Of a DNA stretch of 64,000 nt, positions 59,839-64,000 are shown piece by piece. How positions within the stretch are numbered: position 1 is the stretch's first letter; every line of letters starts with the position of its first letter. The notes beneath the pieces are model-generated. The model did no database searches. It was given only the letters and a program-made list of their open reading frames with translations, and was not told where the DNA came from. The stretch is from a virus (taxonomy: Duplodnaviria > Caudoviricetes): positions 143-64,142 of IMG/VR virus record IMGVR_UViG_3300027976_000036, one strand, 5' to 3'. A program made the position numbers and the translations under genes.

Positions 59839-59901
59839 GATATACTCCTTGGATACTGCGACATTGCAGAATATGAATCAATTTTCATTGATTCATTCGT
59901 T
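59839..59901 (-). repeat. Element 12
   Basis: ctgcgacattgcag plus atgaatcaat/attgattcat-tcgtt. Confidence 0.9.
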
Positions 59902-59903
59902 GA

Positions 59904-60176
59904 TTATTTAGAAATATTTTTTAGCAATATTTCTTGCAAAATAAGAAGCTTTTCTAAATTTTCTTCTTCTTCTCTATGGTATCGGAACTTTTCCCTATCA
60001 AATCCTTTATAAAAGACTAACCACTGACTATTGAGAGTCAGTCTTTTCTTTAAATCGATAATTGTTTTTTCGGCAATTAAGATTGCCACTTTTGATTCTG
60101 GAGACATTTTATTATTTTCCTTCGAATCAGCTTTTTCAAGCTCTTCGAACCAATTGAAATTGTAGTCTTCTTTCAT
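59904..60176 (-). CDS. Hypothetical protein
   Basis: Bounded by elements 13 and 12. Confidence 0.75.
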   Translation of the reverse strand: MKEDYNFNWFEELEKADSKENNKMSPESKVAILIAEKTIIDLKKRLTLNSQWLVFYKGFDREKFRYHREEEENLEKLLILQEILLKNISK

Positions 60177-60240
60177 GATGTACTCCTAGATATGCTGCAA
60201 CATTGCAGCATATGAATCCCTTTTACAGGATTCATTCGTT
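60177..60240 (-). repeat. Element 13
   Basis: atatgctgc-aacatt-gcagcatat plus atgaatcc/ggattcat-tcgtt. Confidence 0.95.
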
Positions 60241-60731
60241 TATCCTTCGATGGCTACCAACTTTTGATCGAAGTCTGTGGGCATATCCTCTTGCCAATTT
60301 GGAAATCCGAATTTGCAGAAAACATCATCGAAACTTGACACCAAATTGATTCCGTAGACGACGGTCAACTCGGCGTCTCCGTATGAAAAATCCGCGTTTA
60401 ATTCCAAACGCTCCATGAATTCACTTTGCACATCAAAAGCATACTTCTGTTCAAGATTGTAAAGCAAATCGTTGATGTGCAGAATTTCAAAGTCCGTATG
60501 GGTGACTTCCTTGCTCCAAGCATTCAGAGTTTGAAGGTCTTTGAGTTCTTTCAACTGTGAACTCAAAGTCTTCACAATCTCTTTGAGTTCAAAAGTTGTC
60601 TCAAAGACGCTTTGCTCAAGCGTCTTCAAGTTTGCAATGTTTTCCTCTAGATCTTTCCCATATTGAGGAATCAAAGCATTCAGTGTAGCAATGCTGGCGG
60701 TTAATGCTTTCTCTTTGTTGTCAATTTCCAT
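60240..60731 (-). CDS. Hypothetical coiled-coil protein
   Basis: Bounded exactly by elements 14 and 13. Confidence 0.75.
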   Translation of the reverse strand: MEIDNKEKALTASIATLNALIPQYGKDLEENIANLKTLEQSVFETTFELKEIVKTLSSQLKELKDLQTLNAWSKEVTHTDFEILHINDLLYNLEQKYAFDVQSEFMERLELNADFSYGDAELTVVYGINLVSSFDDVFCKFGFPNWQEDMPTDFDQKLVAIEG

Positions 60732-60796
60732 ATTGTACTCCTAAATATACTGCAACATTGCAGCATATGAATCCTGTAAAAAAGGATTCATTCGTT
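60732..60796 (-). repeat. Element 14
   Basis: ctgcaacattgcag plus atgaatcc/ggattcat-tcgtt. Confidence 0.95.
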
Positions 60797-61071
60797 TAAC
60801 AAGAATATTGTGCACAGACGATGTGGAAATCGTCATAATCATCTTCTGCGAATTTGCAGACGATTCCCCAGAAGATAGTTGCATGTTCTGCAAATTGCCA
60901 ACCTTCTTCTGAAGTTGGCATCATATCATTGATATCGTAACAATTGTTACGATATCGAAAGAAACTGGCATCTGTATCAGGTTTTCTATAGTGATCGAAA
61001 TCACTTTTCTCTTCTTTTGTCAGATCGTTCCAACAAAGGATTTTGCATTTTTCTGAATTCTTAATTTCCAT
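60796..61071 (-). CDS. Conserved small phage protein
   Basis: W-x-DLT-x-x-E...FFRYR-x-x-x-Y-x-I-x-D pattern. Confidence 0.7.
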   Translation of the reverse strand: MEIKNSEKCKILCWNDLTKEEKSDFDHYRKPDTDASFFRYRNNCYDINDMMPTSEEGWQFAEHATIFWGIVCKFAEDDYDDFHIVCAQYSC

Positions 61072-61135
61072 AATGTACTCCTGGATATCTGCGACATTGC
61101 AGTATATGAATCAATTTTTCATTGATTCATTCGTT
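61072..61135 (-). repeat. Element 15
   Basis: atctgcgacattgcag plus atgaatcaat/attgattcat-tcgtt. Confidence 0.95.
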
Positions 61136-61302
61136 TAAAGATTTCTTTCTATCCTCCTTAATTTACCTTTTGGAATTCGAGAAGCAATTGCGTCTCTAAT
61201 TTCTTTTAAATCTTTAATTTTTTGTTCTTTTGTTATTGCATGATTAGTGATATCACTAATCAGACATTCAACCATGATTAAAATATCTTCAAGAGATTCC
61301 AT
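61135..61302 (-). CDS. 55-aa hypothetical protein (not in the ORF track)
   Basis: MESLEDILIMVECLISD...RRIERNL*. Start and stop sit exactly at elements 16 and 15. Confidence 0.75.
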   Translation of the reverse strand: MESLEDILIMVECLISDITNHAITKEQKIKDLKEIRDAIASRIPKGKLRRIERNL

Positions 61303-61367
61303 AATATACTCCTGGATATCTGCGACATTGCAGCATATAGAACCCTTTTTATAGGGTTCTGGGCGTT
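61303..61367 (-). repeat. Element 16
   Basis: atctgcgacattgcag plus agaaccct/agggttct-gggcgtt. Confidence 0.9.
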
Positions 61368-61822
61368 TAGTTTTCTTTCAGGTACTGAGCCATCATTCTC
61401 TCGATGGAAGCCATAGGAACGCTATGTACGTTCCTCTCAGCGAATTTTCGACAGAGTTCGTCCCTCTTCAAAGAGGTTGACAAATCGAACTCTTCGAATA
61501 GATTGACGAACTCGACATTATATCCTCGTTTTTCCGCAAAATAAGTATACTGTTTCCAATGAACTTTCATTATGTTCGTGTTGTTCACGAACACATATGG
61601 GGTAAAACTATCCAAAGCTGCCACGAATTTTTTGAAGCAACTGCCATGAGCAGTTGCCAATTGGGCGGGGTTCCAATCATAATGACCATTTTTCATGAAA
61701 TGATCATCTGCCGAGCAGACGACCATTTCTTCAGTTGACAGTTGCATTTCCTTTCGGAAATTGTCGATAAAGAAATCTTTGCCCATTCCGGGCACGCCTT
61801 GCATGATATAAACGGTGTTCAT
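61367..61822 (-). CDS. P-loop kinase (AAA_33 / N4BP2-like polynucleotide kinase)
   Basis: GVPGMGKD, CSADDHF, AH-x-x-C, VNNTN, RNVHSVP. Confidence 0.85.
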   Translation of the reverse strand: MNTVYIMQGVPGMGKDFFIDNFRKEMQLSTEEMVVCSADDHFMKNGHYDWNPAQLATAHGSCFKKFVAALDSFTPYVFVNNTNIMKVHWKQYTYFAEKRGYNVEFVNLFEEFDLSTSLKRDELCRKFAERNVHSVPMASIERMMAQYLKEN

Positions 61823-61883
61823 TATACTCCTTAGCTAATAGCGACATTGCTATGTTTCCCAATGCTTTCATTGGAAATTCGTT
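61823..61883 (-). repeat. Element 17
   Basis: atagcgacattgctat plus ccaatg/cattgg...ttcgtt. Confidence 0.85.
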
Positions 61884-61888
61884 AATCA

Positions 61889-62218
61889 TTAATCATGCAC
61901 AGCGATTAGAAGGTCTTCGAAAAGAACTCCTAACTTTTTCTGTACTAAGTTAATCCAACTCTTGTTCCCTTCATACGAAGAGACTTCCAAATCATCTAAA
62001 ACATGATTTACTATGGGTATTATATCCATTCCCGTCAATATGCAATATTGGAACTTTCCAATATCAAAGCATTCGTCCGTTTTTTCTAACAATACGGACT
62101 CGAAATCTTCTGGGTCAGTGACCCCGTTCAGTTCGCTAAGTGAATTGAACACGATTTCTGAAAATCGCGAAAACATGATTACTTCGATATTTTCAAAGTT
62201 CTTTTTATTTTTCTTCAT
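61889..62218 (-). CDS. Hypothetical protein
   Basis: Bounded by elements 18 and 17. Confidence 0.75.
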   Translation of the reverse strand: MKKNKKNFENIEVIMFSRFSEIVFNSLSELNGVTDPEDFESVLLEKTDECFDIGKFQYCILTGMDIIPIVNHVLDDLEVSSYEGNKSWINLVQKKLGVLFEDLLIAVHD

Positions 62219-62290
62219 AATGTACTCCTAGATATCTGCGACATTGCAGCATATGAATCAATTTTTCATTGATTCATTCGTTCGTTCGTT
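62219..62290 (-). repeat. Element 18 (TTCG end triplicated)
   Basis: Near-identical to element 15, ending ttcgttcgttcgtt. Confidence 0.95.
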
Positions 62291-62502
62291 TAGATATAAA
62301 ATCTACACTTTTGGTGTAAATCCCAAATTCTCCACTTGAAATCATAAGAGATTTCAAATCTTATAATCATTTCTTCGAGCATGTCCACCGTGAGACACAG
62401 AGATGTTTCAAAAGGACTCTTATTTGCCTTGTCCATCAAGAAGTTCCTAAGCTCTCTTATAAAGCTTAGTTTTTCTTCCCAAGTCAATTCTGATACTTTC
62501 AT
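62290..62502 (-). CDS. Hypothetical protein
   Basis: AAAGGA RBS. Stop abuts element 18. Confidence 0.7.
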   Translation of the reverse strand: MKVSELTWEEKLSFIRELRNFLMDKANKSPFETSLCLTVDMLEEMIIRFEISYDFKWRIWDLHQKCRFYI

Positions 62503-62559
62503 TTTTTTCCTTTACAATATTTTTGAATGAAATATTTATTCATTCATTCGATTTTTTTA

Positions 62560-62615
62560 AAAATAAAATAAATAAATGTTGGGAAGTTTTATTTTCCCAA
62601 CATTTATTTTATTTT
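62560..62615 (-). terminator. Long AT-rich hairpin / probable terminator
   Basis: aataaatgttgggaa...ttcccaacatttatt flanked by A/T runs. Confidence 0.6.
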
Positions 62616-62616
62616 G

Positions 62617-62844
62617 TTAGTGAATCGTCGGGTTGGAGCTCATGATCCTTTGCTCTTCAGCAAGAAATCCGCCGATGTTTCCGTCGAGAAACATCTTAAT
62701 GGCCCATTTGCACTTGGAGAGAATCTTGTTCTCACTTTCCCCTTCGAAATTGCCGAGAGTCTTCAGCGTTTCCGCTGCTGCTATCATCACGAACATATTG
62801 GCCGCGAGGCCAATGGCCTCCAACTTCACACATTTCTCACACAT
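62617..62844 (-). CDS. Hypothetical protein
   Basis: TAGGA RBS; downstream of type-B element 1. Confidence 0.65.
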   Translation of the reverse strand: MCEKCVKLEAIGLAANMFVMIAAAETLKTLGNFEGESENKILSKCKWAIKMFLDGNIGGFLAEEQRIMSSNPTIH

Positions 62845-62862
62845 TTTTTTTTCCTAAATTTG

Positions 62863-62935
62863 TTTTACTTTTGAATGATATACTCAAAAGCCGGCATGAT
62901 TGCCAGTTCCCAACCTTTAAAAGTTGGGAATCGTT
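62863..62935 (-). repeat. Type-B element 1 (three hairpins)
   Basis: cttttga-atgatatac-tcaaaag, ggca-tgat-tgcc, ttcccaac/gttgggaa-tcgtt. Confidence 0.85.
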
Positions 62936-63366
62936 TAGTATTCTGTAAATTGGACGAAGGAGAAGGTCGAGACCTTCTCCGTCGTTCCGTCTTCTTTTAC
63001 GACTTCCGAGCTTTTGCGCTCGGAAGTCGCATAAAATGCGGTTTCGCCTTGGTCTGAGATCATTTCGACTAAGTTGTGGACAAGGCCAAAGTGGCCTTGA
63101 ACTAGATATTGGAGATGACTGCGGCCGAACTCCTTATTAATCTTAGGTTGTGGATAGATTTGGTCCAAGATAGTGTTTAATGTGTTTCGCGCAAGTTGTC
63201 GCACTTGCATTCGTGTGAAAGAAGGGTCTACGTTCGGCATCAAATACGCGAAGCACATTATGCTTCGGTCTTTATCATCGTCCTCTCTAAGCGGCATATT
63301 CTGTGCCGCTTCTTTCTGTTCTTTGCTCCACTTACTAACAGGATGATTTGTTAAATTAACAAACAT
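62935..63366 (-). CDS. Csx20-like (CARF-related) putative cyclic-oligoadenylate ring nuclease
   Basis: NLTNHP-x-x-KW-x-x-EQ, PNVDP, LVQG-x-FG, YATSER, E-DG...K-x-S-x-F-x-FVQF-x-EY match my recollection of the Csx20 family. GGAG RBS before MFVNL. Confidence 0.7.
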   Translation of the reverse strand: MFVNLTNHPVSKWSKEQKEAAQNMPLREDDDKDRSIMCFAYLMPNVDPSFTRMQVRQLARNTLNTILDQIYPQPKINKEFGRSHLQYLVQGHFGLVHNLVEMISDQGETAFYATSERKSSEVVKEDGTTEKVSTFSFVQFTEY

Positions 63367-63386
63367 TTTTCTTTCTCCAACATTTA

Positions 63387-63459
63387 TTTTACTTTTGAAT
63401 GATATACTCAAAAGCTGACATGATTGCCAGTCTCCCAACTTTAAAAGTTGGGATTCGTT
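63387..63459 (-). repeat. Type-B element 2
   Basis: Near-identical direct repeat of 62863-62935. Confidence 0.85.
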
Positions 63460-63464
63460 AAAAG

Positions 63465-63536
63465 TTAAAGTAGAACCAATATCATCGGGCTAAAGAATAG
63501 CCCAATGATTGCCATGGAAAAGATAAACATTTTCAT
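63465..63536 (-). CDS. 23-aa hydrophobic peptide MKMFIFSMAIIGLFFSPMILVLL
   Basis: AAGGAATCATT-ATG RBS resembles the element RBS. Stop lies 5 nt before type-B element 2. Confidence 0.5.
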   Translation of the reverse strand: MKMFIFSMAIIGLFFSPMILVLL

Positions 63537-64000
63537 AATGATTCCTTGAGAGTCAATTGGAGAGGATTCTCCATTTTGGAACAAAATGTTTCACTGTGAA
63601 ACAAAATGTTCCGTTGTTTCAATTGTCTAACCTGGAAAACTTTAATAAAATCCAAGGTTTGTGACATTCAACATTGCAGATATTAATCAATGCAACGTTT
63701 CGCCATTAAAGGTGGCGAGTTTTTGAAACTGTAAGTATATGATTATATTGGGTATATTGAGTATATTTGAGCAATATGGGGATTAACAAATCCACCCACA
63801 CTTTTCTAAACTTTTCTCAAACTTATCAACTTTATTCAATTAAATCAAATACTCACAGCTTGGCAATATCGCCAAGTGAGACACACTGAAACACTTGAAA
63901 CAAAACGTTTCAAATGTTTCAATATGTCCCTTCGGAACAAGTTTTATATCATTTTCTAAACCATCGCTGGTCCTCTCTTTATGCACTGTTAATCTTATTA

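Larger units (their letters stand above)
52273..63459 (-). repeat. Array of ~20 dispersed intergenic double-hairpin-RBS elements separating small genes
   Basis: Coding-strand consensus AACGAAT-[variable hairpin]-ATAT-CTGC-AATGTY-GCAG-ATATCT-AGGAG-TACATT-ATG. All copies share one orientation. Confidence 0.95.

Noticed and set aside
52273-62290. CRISPR array
   Set aside because: The intervals are 170-1500-bp protein-coding genes rather than uniform 30-40-nt spacers. The repeats are degenerate, and no cas1/cas6 or effector genes are present.
52273-62290. Canonical integron attC sites or Xer/dif sites
   Set aside because: The elements have two tandem hairpins rather than one R''-L''-L'-R' fold, no consistent RYYYAAC/GTTRRRY pair, and no intI in the window. 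One copy is a perfect 11-6-11 palindrome, but the arms covary between copies and do not resemble XerC/XerD boxes. Kept only as an analogy.
52273-62290. Elements as plain intrinsic terminators or known ribozymes
   Set aside because: No U-tract follows either hairpin on the coding strand, and I see no hammerhead CUGAnGA/GAAA core or other known ribozyme consensus by eye. An Rfam search is still needed.
1-64000. Stop-codon reassignment
   Set aside because: Conserved genes are full-length in code 11 and coding density is high. The single internal TAA at 55857 is an isolated case.
1-64000. tRNA or rRNA genes
   Set aside because: No cloverleaf with a T-loop GTTCRA in any intergenic gap. The gaps are short and explained by hairpins or promoters.

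Overview
This is an AT-rich fragment of a large (probably jumbo, myovirus-like) dsDNA phage genome read in the standard code, with three blocks. (1) 1-35036, + strand: replication, nucleotide-metabolism and protein-handling genes. These are a 5' nuclease, DnaB-like helicase, class II RNR, PurA, DnaE, dUTPase, IMPDH/GMP reductase, ClpP, amidase, GroEL, a MoxR/VWA pair, RIIA/RIIB, ThyA, RNA ligase, a deaminase and a sigma-like factor. (2) A convergent ~5,090-aa coiled-coil-rich orphan gene (35078-50341, -). (3) 50.5-63.5 kb, - strand: a tandem run of small, mostly orphan genes. The most striking signal is in block 3. About 20 intergenic spaces consist almost entirely of one ~60-75-nt element, read on the coding strand as stop/AACGAA, variable hairpin, covarying hairpin with an AATGTY loop, AGGAG-TACATT-ATG. 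This gives a cassette-like gene array, and its cargo includes a Csx20-like putative ring nuclease (candidate type III anti-CRISPR) and a DUF932-type protein. All protein calls come from motif recognition by eye; no searches were run.
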